A DNA stretch of 64,000 nucleotides from Chloroflexota bacterium (lineage in GTDB: Bacteria > Chloroflexota > UBA11872). Position 1 is the first letter of the stretch; every line of letters begins with the position of its first letter. Shown here in pieces: positions 48,864 through 58,292 of the stretch. The notes beneath the pieces were generated by a model. It did no database searches. It saw nothing but the letters and a program-made list of their open reading frames with translations, and was not told where the DNA came from. The stretch is taken from contig WTFW01000163.1 in the NCBI GenBank assembly GCA_011523785.1, positions 4,835 to 68,834 of the forward strand, read 5' to 3'. The position numbers and the translations under genes are program-made.

Positions 48864-50222
48864 ATGTTTGAAAGGGTGCTCGTCGCCAACCGGGGCGAGA
48901 TGGCCGTCCGAATCATCCGCGCCTGCCGCGATCTTGGCGTCCGCACGGTTGCCATCTACTCGGAAGCCGACAACGACAGCCTCCCCGTTCAGATGGCCGA
49001 CGAATCGGTTTGTATTGGCCCCGCGCCCGCGGCCGCCAGCTACCTCAACGTGCCGCACATCATTGCCGCCGGGCTCAACACGGGTTGCGACGCCGTGCAT
49101 CCCGGCGCTGGTTTTTTGGCCGAGAATGCCTACTTTGCCGAAGCCTGCGAGCGCTACCGCATCACCTTCATCGGCCCTACCCCCGACAACATGCGCATGA
49201 TGGGCGAGAAGACTCGGGCCCGCGAAGCCGCCCTGGCGGCTGGCCTGCCAGTCATCCCCGGCTCTAACGGCCCCGTGGCCGACATCAACGAGGCCAAGTC
49301 CATTGCGCGCGAGATCGGCTTCCCCGTCATGCTCAAGGCCGCCGGTGGCGGTGGCGGTCGCGGTATTCGTCGTGTGAGTGATGTCGACGACCTGGTCACC
49401 CTCTTCCCGCTGGCCCAGGCCGAGGCTCGCAGCTCGTTCGGCAACGCCGACCTCTATGTCGAGAAGCAGATCGAACGCTCGCGTCATGTTGAGGTGCAGG
49501 TGCTGGGCGACGGCTCCACCGTCCTGCACCTGGGGCACCGCGAGTGCTCCATTCAGCGCCGCTTCCAAAAGCTCATCGAAGAAGCGCCCGCCCCAAGCCT
49601 CGGCGGACGCCATGGTGACCGCGTCGCCCGCGCCGCCGTGCGCCTAGCCGAGTCCATCAACTACCGCGGTGCCGGCACCGTCGAATTCCTCCTGGACGAT
49701 GAGAACCGCTTCTACTTCATTGAGACCAACACGCGTATCCAGGTAGAGCATCCCGCCACCGAGGAAGTGACCGACGTCGACATCGTTCGCGCCCAACTTC
49801 AGATCGCGGCCGGCGAGCCCACCGGCCTGCGCCAGCGCGACGTCCGGCTCACCGGCCACGCCATCGAATATCGCCTGCTGGCCGAGGACCCCGAGCGCGA
49901 CTTCCGGCCTGACGCCGGCACTGTTACCGACCTTCGACTCCCGGGCGGTCCCGGCGTGCGTGTGGACACCCACCTTTATGCCGGCTGCGAGGTGTCGCCC
50001 TTCTACGACTCGCTGCTCGCCAAGCTGATTGTCTACGGCGACACGCGGGCCGAGGCGATCCGGCGTTCCCGTCGGGCGCTGGCCGAGACCCGGATCGAAG
50101 GTCCGGCAACCAACCTGGACCTGCACCGAGCAATCCTCCAGGACCAACGCTTCGTCTCGGCCGAATACGACCTGGACTACGTCACCGGCACGCCCGTCCC
50201 ACTCGCGGAAGCCGCCGGCTAA
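48864..50222 (+). CDS. accC: Biotin carboxylase (acetyl-CoA carboxylase AccC-type); no BCCP gene adjacent.
   Basis: ATP-grasp blocks MLKAAGGGGGRGIRRV, EVQVLGD, FIETNTRIQVEHP. Confidence 0.92.
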   Translation: MFERVLVANRGEMAVRIIRACRDLGVRTVAIYSEADNDSLPVQMADESVCIGPAPAAASYLNVPHIIAAGLNTGCDAVHPGAGFLAENAYFAEACERYRITFIGPTPDNMRMMGEKTRAREAALAAGLPVIPGSNGPVADINEAKSIAREIGFPVMLKAAGGGGGRGIRRVSDVDDLVTLFPLAQAEARSSFGNADLYVEKQIERSRHVEVQVLGDGSTVLHLGHRECSIQRRFQKLIEEAPAPSLGGRHGDRVARAAVRLAESINYRGAGTVEFLLDDENRFYFIETNTRIQVEHPATEEVTDVDIVRAQLQIAAGEPTGLRQRDVRLTGHAIEYRLLAEDPERDFRPDAGTVTDLRLPGGPGVRVDTHLYAGCEVSPFYDSLLAKLIVYGDTRAEAIRRSRRALAETRIEGPATNLDLHRAILQDQRFVSAEYDLDYVTGTPVPLAEAAG

Positions 50223-50226
50223 GCGG

Positions 50227-50679
50227 ATGGCTGCGCGACGGCGACGGCGACGGCGTGGCCGCCGATTGGCGCGAGAGACCGCAATGCGACTCATCTACGA
50301 GGCCGACATGGCTCAACGCCCCGCGCTCGAACTCTTGGATTTTCGCGAACGCGAGTTGAGCCTGGACGCCGAAACCGCCGCCTACGCCCGCACGCTGGTT
50401 GCGTCGGTAAGCGCCAATCGGGATGACCTCGACGCCGCCATCGGCCTGCTGACACCCGCCTGGCCCGTCGACCAGATGGCCCGTCTCGATGTCGCCATCA
50501 TGCGCATTGCGCTCACTGAAATCGGCTCAGGCGAAACACCCGTGGCCGTGGCCATCAACGAGGCCGTGGAGTTGGCCAAGCGTTACTGCGCCGCCGGCGC
50601 CGCTCCCATGATCAACGGGGCGTTAGGATCGTACGTGCGAAGAGGCGTGGCCTCCGCTGTGCCCGAACATCAAGGCTGA
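50227..50679 (+). CDS. nusB: Transcription antitermination factor NusB.
   Basis: MAARRRRRRRGRRLARETAMRLIYEAD... and INEAVELAKRY...INGALG. It starts 4 nt after the accC stop. The track's 50029 ORF is the correct frame but over-extended upstream. Confidence 0.85.
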   Translation: MAARRRRRRRGRRLARETAMRLIYEADMAQRPALELLDFRERELSLDAETAAYARTLVASVSANRDDLDAAIGLLTPAWPVDQMARLDVAIMRIALTEIGSGETPVAVAINEAVELAKRYCAAGAAPMINGALGSYVRRGVASAVPEHQG

Positions 50680-50683
50680 CTGA

Positions 50684-51508
50684 ATGGCCGAAGCCGACCA
50701 GGCGCTGACCGACCCAACGCAACCGCAGGAAGAGCTCGGCGGCGTGATGTCGCTGCGCGAGCACCTGGACGAATTGCGCAAGCGGCTGACGGTGGCGATT
50801 CTGGCGATCATTCTCGCCAGCTTTGTGGTCTGGCCGTTCAAGGACTTTGTCTTTCACTTCGTCCAGCTCCCACTCCCCCGCGGCGCCGTGCTGCAGCAAA
50901 TAGCCGTCACTGAGACGCTCTTCACATTCGTCAAGATTTCGTTCATCGTCGGCTTCGGCCTGGCCAGCCCCATCGTCGTCTACGAGGTGCTCGCCTTCGT
51001 AGCCCCGGGTCTGTATCCCCACGAGCGACGCTGGATCTTCATGAGCATTCCGGCCATCGCGCTCGCCTTCCTGGCCGGGGTTGCCTTCGCCTGGTTCATC
51101 GTGCTGCGCTTTACCGTCGGGTTCCTGGCCGGATTCGCGCCCGCCACCATCAGCACGGAGTTCACCGTCGACGGCTGGGTGTCGTTCGTCTTGCGCATCT
51201 TGCTGGCTGTTGGCCTGGCGTTCGAAACGCCCTTCATCATCTTTGCCTTGGCCAAAATCGGCATCGTCACGGCCGACAGCTTGGCCCGCCAGCGGCGCTA
51301 CGCCATCGTCGCCATCGCCGTCATCTCGGCCATCATCACGCCCACACCCGACCCGTTCACCCAGGCCTCGGTCGGAATTCCGCTCTACGCCCTGTACGAA
51401 GTCGGCGTCGTCCTGGCCCGTGTGGCCGCGCCCGCCGACCGGCCCGATGACGATACGGAGCCGGAAGCGGGGCCCGAAGACGACGGCTCGGTTCCCACCA
51501 CCGCCTAG
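50684..51508 (+). CDS. tatC: Twin-arginine translocase subunit TatC.
   Basis: MSLREHLDELRKRL N-terminus and a six-TM profile. Confidence 0.9.
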   Translation: MAEADQALTDPTQPQEELGGVMSLREHLDELRKRLTVAILAIILASFVVWPFKDFVFHFVQLPLPRGAVLQQIAVTETLFTFVKISFIVGFGLASPIVVYEVLAFVAPGLYPHERRWIFMSIPAIALAFLAGVAFAWFIVLRFTVGFLAGFAPATISTEFTVDGWVSFVLRILLAVGLAFETPFIIFALAKIGIVTADSLARQRRYAIVAIAVISAIITPTPDPFTQASVGIPLYALYEVGVVLARVAAPADRPDDDTEPEAGPEDDGSVPTTA

Positions 51509-52452
51509 CGGGCCTCCAGCCCTGAGGCCGGCGTGTCCGGCAGTGTGAGGCCCAGCTCCGCCGCCGTTCGCTGAAAGTCCTCCGGCGGCGGGGCTGCGGC
51601 GAGCCAGCGGTCCCCCGCGTTGTCTCGGAAGCGCAGCGTCCACGCGTGCAACATGACACGTCGGACTGCCGGCACCGATCCACCGTACGTCGCGTCGCCC
51701 CTGATCGGATGACCGATCGCCGCCATGTGCACCCGGATCTGGTGCGTGCGTCCCGTCGTCGGGCTGGCTTCAACCAGTGCCGCGTCGCCGGCCCGATCCA
51801 GCACGCGGTAGTTGGTTTCGGCTGGCCGCCCGCGCCGCGCCACCGCCATTCGCGTCCGCTGCGTCGGGTGTCGCCCGATCGGCCCATCGATGCGTCCCCG
51901 CGGAGGATCTGGCGTCCCCCGCGCGATCAATAGGTACCGCTTCTGAACCTCTCGATGCTCGAACGCCCGCGCCAGGTGCGCGTAGACCGCCGGTGTGCGC
52001 GCGATCATCACCACTCCCGACGTGTCCTTGTCCAGCCGATGCACGATCCCAGGCCGCCGCGGATGCCCCACCGCCACAAGCTCCGGAAAGTGCGCCAGCA
52101 GCCGGTGTGCCAGCGTCCCGCGAAGCGCCCCGGCGCCCGGGTGCATCACCATCCCTGCCGGCTTGTCCACCGCCACGAAGCCATCCGTCGTCAGCAGCCG
52201 ATCCAACGCCCCCGGCTCGCCCGCAAGCTCCGCTGCTACCCCCGGCAGCTCGCCGCGCACAATGTCTCCGTCTCGCAGCCGCCGCGACGGCGCAGCCGCC
52301 TGGCCGTTCAGCGTGACCTGCCCGTCCCGGATCAATCGCGCCGCCCGCGATCGCGAAACGTCGGCCAACGACTCCGCCAGGAACACGTCCAGCCTCGCCC
52401 CACGCGCCGCGCCCGCATAGGTCAACTCGAAGCGCTGTGCCGGGACGGCCAT
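51505..52452 (-). CDS. RluA-family pseudouridine synthase (RluD-like, with S4 domain).
   Basis: S4-like N-terminus, HRLDKDTSG catalytic Asp motif, HQIRVH. Confidence 0.9.
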   Translation of the reverse strand: MAVPAQRFELTYAGAARGARLDVFLAESLADVSRSRAARLIRDGQVTLNGQAAAPSRRLRDGDIVRGELPGVAAELAGEPGALDRLLTTDGFVAVDKPAGMVMHPGAGALRGTLAHRLLAHFPELVAVGHPRRPGIVHRLDKDTSGVVMIARTPAVYAHLARAFEHREVQKRYLLIARGTPDPPRGRIDGPIGRHPTQRTRMAVARRGRPAETNYRVLDRAGDAALVEASPTTGRTHQIRVHMAAIGHPIRGDATYGGSVPAVRRVMLHAWTLRFRDNAGDRWLAAAPPPEDFQRTAAELGLTLPDTPASGLEAR

Positions 52453-52495
52453 CTCGGCTCGGGACTAGCTGACGTGCAACCGCGGAGGGCCTCGC

Positions 52496-53404
52496 CTACC
52501 CATCACGCTCCGCCCGCGACCGCACCTCGACTTCCCCAATCGACACATACCCCGCATGTCCGCCATTTGCCAGCAACCGCAGCACCACGTAGCGCGTGAC
52601 CTCGGTCGGAAACTCAATCCGCACGCTCGGCGCGGCTTCCAGCTCCGCCTGCCGAATGAACTTCAGCCCGGACGGGTCCTCGCGCGGATCAACCTCGCGC
52701 GAAGTGAAGACCTGCACGCGCCGCGCATAACTGTCCGCCGGCTCGCTCGGGTGGTTCAGTACGTCAATTGTCGCGATCGGCGTGCGCAGGTTCATCTTCA
52801 AGACCACGTCCTGCGGGAATACGGCATTGGCCGAGCGCCAGGCCGGAAAGTCCGCTTCCACCAGACCATCCACCAGCGCCTCCGCACCGTGTCCCTCTTG
52901 CGCTCCGGCTGGCGAGTACGCTTGCCCTCCAACGGCTGAAGCTGAAACCAGTGCCCCGCGGCTGCGGTCCGCGCCGTCAAACAGCAGCCGCATCTTGACT
53001 GCCAGGTCGCCCCGCAGATCGCTGCCATTGGACACGATGAACAGCTGTACCGCCATCATCAACGACAGGCCCAGCACAATCCCCACCGGCAGCCAGTTCC
53101 AGGAAAACACGTTGCGTCGCAGCGCCGTACGGTCCAGCTCGACCCGCCGTTCCAGCTGCCCCTGGCAGACTTCGCACACGTATCCCCAGTCCGTGTCGTT
53201 CAGCGCCTCGTCGCAGAACAGCCGGGCGCAGTGGTCGCAGCGCTGCGTGGCCACCCGCGTCGGATAGACGGTGCAGCGGTACAGTGCCAGTTCGCGCGCG
53301 CTCTCGGCAAAGATGCGACGGCTGGGCGGACGTTTCGCCGGCTCGCCGACCCGCATTGCTGGACCCATCCGCCGCCGTTTCTCTGCGCGTGTCTCGGTGT
53401 CCAC
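52496..53404 (-). CDS. Hypothetical membrane protein: N-terminal Cys-rich zinc-ribbon-like region, one TM helix, and a C-terminal F5/8 type C (discoidin)-like domain.
   Basis: CTVYP...CDHCARLFCDE...YVCEVCQG, then TM WLPVGIVLGLSLMMAVQLFIV, and a discoidin-like ending RYVVLRLLANGGHAGYVSIGEVEVRS. Confidence 0.55.
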   Translation of the reverse strand: MDTETRAEKRRRMGPAMRVGEPAKRPPSRRIFAESARELALYRCTVYPTRVATQRCDHCARLFCDEALNDTDWGYVCEVCQGQLERRVELDRTALRRNVFSWNWLPVGIVLGLSLMMAVQLFIVSNGSDLRGDLAVKMRLLFDGADRSRGALVSASAVGGQAYSPAGAQEGHGAEALVDGLVEADFPAWRSANAVFPQDVVLKMNLRTPIATIDVLNHPSEPADSYARRVQVFTSREVDPREDPSGLKFIRQAELEAAPSVRIEFPTEVTRYVVLRLLANGGHAGYVSIGEVEVRSRAERDG

Positions 53405-53662
53405 GACCCGGCATCGCGGCGGCGCGGGTTACGCACGCGCCGCAAAGCGCAGCCTCACCTCAATATACTTGTGCTATTCACTTCGCCGCTGCTGCGAACG
53501 GTCTGGTGGCCGGTCACACTCGTCGGGCCCATCGGTGGCGGAAGACCATCTCGTTGCCCGTTCCCTTCGGTAGTCGGGTGCGCTGAGGGTCTTTCGTCCT
53601 GAGACCCATGCGTACCGCACGACCAGCCGTCCCCGCATGACGGCCTGGAACCCGAAAGTCTG

Positions 53663-54253
53663 ATGTTCAGGCGTAACAGCAACATCCTGCTCGAGATCGC
53701 CGAAACGGTGCTCCTGGCCGCCCTGATCTTCTTCGGCACCCGCCTGCTCGTGCAGAACTTCCTCGTCGAGGGCCCCAGCATGTCCCCCAACCTGGCCGAC
53801 TCCGAGTTCCTGCTCGTCAACAAACTCTCCTACCTCACCGAAGATCCGCAGCGCGGCGACGTTATCGTCTTCCGATCCCCTCGCAGTCCCGACGAGGATC
53901 TGGTCAAGCGCGTCATCGGACTACCAAACGACGAGGTCGAAATTCGCGCCGGACAGGTTCTCGTCAACGGCCACCTCATCGACGAGTCCAGCTACTTCAG
54001 CGGCCCGATCGGACGCGACACGCCCGCCAGGCGCGTGCCTGAAGATTCCTACTTCGTTATGGGCGACAACCGCCTGCAGAGCCGCGACTCCCGCGACATC
54101 GGCACGGTGCCTCGCGCCTCAATTGTCGGGCAGGTTTGGCTCGTGTACTGGCCGCCCGGCAAACTCGGATTCCTGCCTGAAGCCGCGCCGGCTTTGGTCC
54201 CAGTCCCCCAGCGCGCGCCCGACCTCCTGCCCGCCGGAAGCGCCGGCCGCTAG
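53663..54253 (+). CDS. lepB: Signal peptidase I.
   Basis: GPSMSP catalytic Ser box, KRVIGLPND general-base Lys box, GDNRLQSRDSR. Confidence 0.9.
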   Translation: MFRRNSNILLEIAETVLLAALIFFGTRLLVQNFLVEGPSMSPNLADSEFLLVNKLSYLTEDPQRGDVIVFRSPRSPDEDLVKRVIGLPNDEVEIRAGQVLVNGHLIDESSYFSGPIGRDTPARRVPEDSYFVMGDNRLQSRDSRDIGTVPRASIVGQVWLVYWPPGKLGFLPEAAPALVPVPQRAPDLLPAGSAGR

Positions 54254-54744
54254 GTGGGCCAGGCCTCGACCAGGCGCCGCTTCGTCTGATCGAGCGTTTC
54301 CGGCATCACCTTGACGTCGCCCGTCACCGGCATGAAGTTCGTATCGCCTGCCCAGCGCGGCACCACGTGAAAGTGCAGGTGGCTCGGAATCCCGGCGCCC
54401 GCCGCTGAACCCAGGTTCATGCCCACGTTGTAGCCGTCGGGCGCGAAGGCCGCCTGCAACGCCACCCGCGCCTGCACCACCAGCGACATCAACTCAGCCG
54501 CCTCGTCCTCTCGAAGTTCATCCAGGTCCGCTACGTGGCGGTACGGCAGCACCAGCACGTGCCCGTTGTTATACGGATACAGATTCAGCGTCACGTACCC
54601 CAACTGCCCCGCCTGAACCAGCAACTCGGGTAACTCCTGGGCCTCCGCCACCGGCACGCAAAACGGACAAGCCCCGTCGTCCCGCTTCTCGCCACTCACG
54701 TACGCCATCCGCCAGGGACTCCACAACCGCTGCGAAGGCACCAA
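54250..54744 (-). CDS. HIT family hydrolase.
   Basis: Histidine triad HLHFHVVPR. Confidence 0.8.
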   Translation of the reverse strand: MVPSQRLWSPWRMAYVSGEKRDDGACPFCVPVAEAQELPELLVQAGQLGYVTLNLYPYNNGHVLVLPYRHVADLDELREDEAAELMSLVVQARVALQAAFAPDGYNVGMNLGSAAGAGIPSHLHFHVVPRWAGDTNFMPVTGDVKVMPETLDQTKRRLVEAWPT

Positions 54745-54855
54745 CCGCTCCGACCCGTCCGGCGGCTACAAATCCGCCCCAAATGCTGGCCGTGATCTTA
54801 CCGACGGGCGGCCTCGCAACGGCTCGGCTGACTCGCCGCTAGCGAGTCTGCGCGT

Positions 54856-56091
54856 GTGCGGTTGCTACGATTCGCACCCATGAGCCTCCAAGCCCACTAC
54901 AGCCCCGTCGCCCAGGCGATGGAGCAGAACCCGTTGCGGCCCAGTTGGACCATGCAGCGGCCCGGCCTGATCAGCCTCGCCTACGGCTTCCCCGACTCGG
55001 CGAGCTTTCCCTACGACGAATTGGCCGAGACAACCGCCGCCCTCATGGCCGACCACAACGCCGAGGCCCTCCAATACGGCCCCGTCTCCGGCCCCGAACC
55101 GCTGCGCAACTTCCTGGCCGACTGGGTCGGCGCCACCGAGGGCCTGGACGTCGGCCCCGACAACATCATGATTACCAGCGGGGCCTCGCAGGGCATCGCG
55201 CTGGCCGCGCGGCTGCTGGTGCCGCCCGGCGGAACCGTGATCGTCGAGTCGCCCACCTTCATTGGCGCCCTCTGGTTCTTCCGCGGGCTCGGCATCAACG
55301 TCGTCGGCGTCGACACCGACGAGCTCGGCATCGTCCCCTCCGCGCTGCGCGAAACGGTGACTCGCCAGCGCCGGGCCGGAGCCCACGTCTCCCTCGTCTA
55401 CACCATGCCCACCGTCCACAACCCCGTCGGCTTCAACGCCCCCGTGGAACGCCGCCGCCAGCTTGCCGAGGTCGCCGAGGAACTTGACCTGGTCTTTCTC
55501 GAAGACGACGCCTACGGCGATCTCATCTTCGAGGGCGCCCGCCCACCCGCCCTTTACGCCATCGCCGGCCGCGAGCGCGTCATCAAGCTGGGCACCCTCT
55601 CCAAGCTGGTCGCCGGCGGCATGCGCCTGGGCTGGGCCATCGCCGAGCCCGACGACATCTCGCGCATGTGCGGCCTCAAGGCCGACAGCGCCACCAGCCC
55701 CTTCGCTGCCTGGGTCACCGGCGCGTACCTGCAAAGCGGCGCGCTCGCCAGGCGCCTGCCCACCCTGCTGGACCTCTACCGCGGGCGTCGCGACGCCATG
55801 CTCGAGGAACTGGCGCCGCTTCGTGACCTCGGCTGCGACTGGATCACACCCGTCGGCGGCTTCTTCATCTGGCTGGAGCTACCCGAAGGCGCCGACAGCG
55901 AGGCCATCCGCGAACGTGCCGAAGAGAACGGTGTCACCTACTTGGCCGGCCACCACTGCTTCGCCCACGACAGAAATCGCCGCTGCATCCGCCTCGCCTA
56001 CAGCTACATCCCCGAAGACCAGCTCCGCGAAGGCACCCGCCGCCTCGTCCAAACCCTCCAGGCCGAACTTACGGCAGCCGCCCCAAGCTAG
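54856..56091 (+). CDS. PLP-dependent aminotransferase (class I/II fold; 2-aminoadipate/aromatic aminotransferase-like).
   Basis: Fold-type I blocks and LGTLSKLVAGGMRLGW PLP-lysine region. Confidence 0.8.
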   Translation: MRLLRFAPMSLQAHYSPVAQAMEQNPLRPSWTMQRPGLISLAYGFPDSASFPYDELAETTAALMADHNAEALQYGPVSGPEPLRNFLADWVGATEGLDVGPDNIMITSGASQGIALAARLLVPPGGTVIVESPTFIGALWFFRGLGINVVGVDTDELGIVPSALRETVTRQRRAGAHVSLVYTMPTVHNPVGFNAPVERRRQLAEVAEELDLVFLEDDAYGDLIFEGARPPALYAIAGRERVIKLGTLSKLVAGGMRLGWAIAEPDDISRMCGLKADSATSPFAAWVTGAYLQSGALARRLPTLLDLYRGRRDAMLEELAPLRDLGCDWITPVGGFFIWLELPEGADSEAIRERAEENGVTYLAGHHCFAHDRNRRCIRLAYSYIPEDQLREGTRRLVQTLQAELTAAAPS

Positions 56092-56138
56092 CGTCCATTC
56101 CTGGGGCGTCGTCCACGGTCGGTGCCTCGCTGCATCCC

Positions 56139-56471
56139 CTACGCCTCGTCAACGCTGTACCTGGCCGCCCGCTCCCGAAACGCCAGCACCGCCTCCGGCA
56201 AGTCAAGCCGGATTTCCCCGGCCCGCCGCATCGCCTGCGCCATTTCATAGGCCGCCTGCAACTGATACCACGTGCTGGCGCCGCCCCCGAAGGCCTTGTC
56301 CAGCCGAATTGCCATCTCCGGCGAAATCCCTGCCCGCCCGTTCACCAGCGCCGACAGTTGCTTCCGGCTCACGCCCAGCACGCGCGCACCGTCAGTCACG
56401 CTCAGGCCCAGCGGTTCCAGGCAGTCATAGCGGACCGACGACCCCGGATGGGGCGGGCTGTGCATAGGCAT
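56139..56471 (-). CDS. higA: HigA-family antitoxin (XRE-type HTH). Start at MPMHSPP with a GAAGGAG ribosome-binding site.
   Basis: [62 protein letters not shown]. Confidence 0.85.
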   Translation of the reverse strand: MPMHSPPHPGSSVRYDCLEPLGLSVTDGARVLGVSRKQLSALVNGRAGISPEMAIRLDKAFGGGASTWYQLQAAYEMAQAMRRAGEIRLDLPEAVLAFRERAARYSVDEA

Positions 56472-56496
56472 CGCAATCTCCCTCACTCCTTCGACC

Positions 56497-56775
56497 TTAG
56501 TGGTAGTCCACCAGGTCCACATCCCGGACGTTTTCCGCCTCGAAGCGGAAGATGATGCGCCAGTTCCCCGAAAGGCTGACGGCCCAGAACCCGGCCAGGT
56601 TGCCCCGCAGCGGGTGCAGGCGGAAGCCTGGCAGATTCATGTCGGCCGGCACTTTCGCCACGTCCAGCCGCGCCAGGATCCGCTCGATCCTGCTGACGCT
56701 GCGTGACGGAAGGAGCCGCCGATCGCCTCTCTCGTAGAGCCGCCGCAGCCCTTTGTGTCGGAACTGCACGATCAT
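56497..56775 (-). CDS. higB: HigB toxin (RelE/ParE superfamily).
   Basis: [18 protein letters not shown]...[43 protein letters not shown] is the canonical HigB pattern ending in DYH. Confidence 0.88.
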   Translation of the reverse strand: MIVQFRHKGLRRLYERGDRRLLPSRSVSRIERILARLDVAKVPADMNLPGFRLHPLRGNLAGFWAVSLSGNWRIIFRFEAENVRDVDLVDYH

Positions 56776-56781
56776 CCCGGG

Positions 56782-56810
56782 ATTGTAACCCGATACGTAT
56801 CAGGTGGCAA
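56782..56810 (-). promoter_or_regulatory. higBA promoter (TTGCCA-17 nt-TACAAT) with an embedded perfect palindrome GATACGTATC at 56792-56801; near-leaderless higB.
   Basis: The -10 ends 6 nt before the higB ATG. The 10-bp self-complementary sequence sits in the spacer, as expected for a HigA/HigBA autorepression operator. Confidence 0.5.
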
Positions 56811-56913
56811 GCCTTCGCCAACTCGGCAAGCATTCGCGCTCGTTGAGCCACGCGGGTAGCGCAATCCGACATGTCCCCAGCGGCCCTGGTCAGGGCGGTC
56901 CGATCTGCAGTGG

Positions 56914-58134
56914 TTAGGAAGCCGCTGCCCGCAGCACCCGAAACCCCAGGTTCTCCTCCGTCCGCTCGGCCACCGGCAGGACTTCAATCAACACGTGCGA
57001 GATGCCGGTCACGTCCCCGTGCTCGTCAAAGCTGTAGTCGTCGCCGATCGCCCCGCTCCAGATGAGGTCGTGCAGACACGCCCTGAAGCCCTCGGCGTCC
57101 TGGTCGTCGTTCGTCTGCCGCAGGCATTCCGCGGCAATGTAGACGCCGTCGTATGCCGACCCCTGGTACCAGGGCCACGGGGCGAGGCCGTGACGTTCGT
57201 TGAAACTCGCCAGAAAGTCTCGTCCGGTGGTGGTGTTCAGCTCGGGGTCCGGGACGATGGCTTTCAGCCCGGTCGCGTGTTCGCCGGCAATCTCCAGGGC
57301 GTTGGACCCCGTGGGCACCACCTCGGAGTAGATGGGACCGTCGTAGCCCAACTCGCGGGCTTGCTTGATGATGGTGCCGCCGGAGATCTCGCCTTGCGCG
57401 GCCAGGAAGATCGCGTCGGCGCTGACACGCAGCAGCTTCGAGAGCTGGCTACGAAAGTCGATCGCGTCCGAGGGATAGCTCTCCGCCGCCGCCACCGTGC
57501 CGCCCAGCTGCTCGAATTGCGCCACGGCCGCGCGGCGACTCCCCTCCGCGTAGTCGGTGGCCTCGCTGATCGTGACGATCGTCCGCACGCCGTCCGCCCA
57601 CAGCAGGTTGCCCACGTCCGTGCCCGCTTTCTGCGAGCTGATGGCCGTACGGAAGACATAGTCGCCGGCGTGCGTGATATCGGGACTCGTCGACGATGGC
57701 GAAAACAGGATCACGCCGTCTTTCTCCGCCAGCGGAGCCACCCCCAGCGTGGCGCCGCTGCAGGTCGCCCCCAGCACGATCTTGATGCCCTCCACGTCCG
57801 TCAGCCGCTGGTACGCGGTAATCGCATCCGTGGATGTGCACTTGGAGTCCTCGATCACCAGCTTGAGCATCCGCCCGTTGATGCCGCCCGCCGCGTTGAT
57901 TTCCTCCACGGCCAGCAGCTTGGACCGCGACAGCGGAACCCCGTACGACTCCCCAATCCCCGTCAGCGAGACCAGCGCCCCAATCACAAACGGCTCTTGC
58001 GCGGTGGCCTGTGCAGCATTTACGGCGTCGGCCGACCCGCGTGCCGGTTCCGACGCGGCATCCTCGCCGCACGCGATCGCCAGCAGCGCGCACAGACCAA
58101 GCAGGACGGTTCGCGTCCAGCACCTAAGCTTCAT
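56914..58134 (-). CDS. Orphan Leu/Ile/Val-binding-protein-family (type I periplasmic binding fold) lipoprotein. The track ORF is over-extended; the start is at MKLRCW.
   Basis: Lipobox LLAIACG; then FVIGALVSLTGIGESYGVPLSRSKLLAVEEINAAGGINGRMLKLVIEDSKC, typical of LivJ/LivK/AmiC-like proteins. No ABC permease or ATPase genes nearby. Confidence 0.8.
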   Translation of the reverse strand: MKLRCWTRTVLLGLCALLAIACGEDAASEPARGSADAVNAAQATAQEPFVIGALVSLTGIGESYGVPLSRSKLLAVEEINAAGGINGRMLKLVIEDSKCTSTDAITAYQRLTDVEGIKIVLGATCSGATLGVAPLAEKDGVILFSPSSTSPDITHAGDYVFRTAISSQKAGTDVGNLLWADGVRTIVTISEATDYAEGSRRAAVAQFEQLGGTVAAAESYPSDAIDFRSQLSKLLRVSADAIFLAAQGEISGGTIIKQARELGYDGPIYSEVVPTGSNALEIAGEHATGLKAIVPDPELNTTTGRDFLASFNERHGLAPWPWYQGSAYDGVYIAAECLRQTNDDQDAEGFRACLHDLIWSGAIGDDYSFDEHGDVTGISHVLIEVLPVAERTEENLGFRVLRAAAS

Positions 58135-58292
58135 GTCACCTTGCCGGCCGGCCGCGATCCGCCCGCGACTGATCATTCTATTGAGTGCCCTGACTACGGA
58201 ACCTGGCCCAACGCCACGATCCGTGGCGCTCAAGCTCGCCATGTACCCTGCGGGCAACCGTGGCGCACTCAGATGCCCCGGAGGCGGCAGAC

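Noticed and set aside
53405-53662. GGGTCT-N9-AGACCC stem-loop in the lepB upstream region, as a possible riboswitch
   Set aside because: It is a single short hairpin with no recognisable riboswitch consensus. It is mentioned only as possible leader structure.
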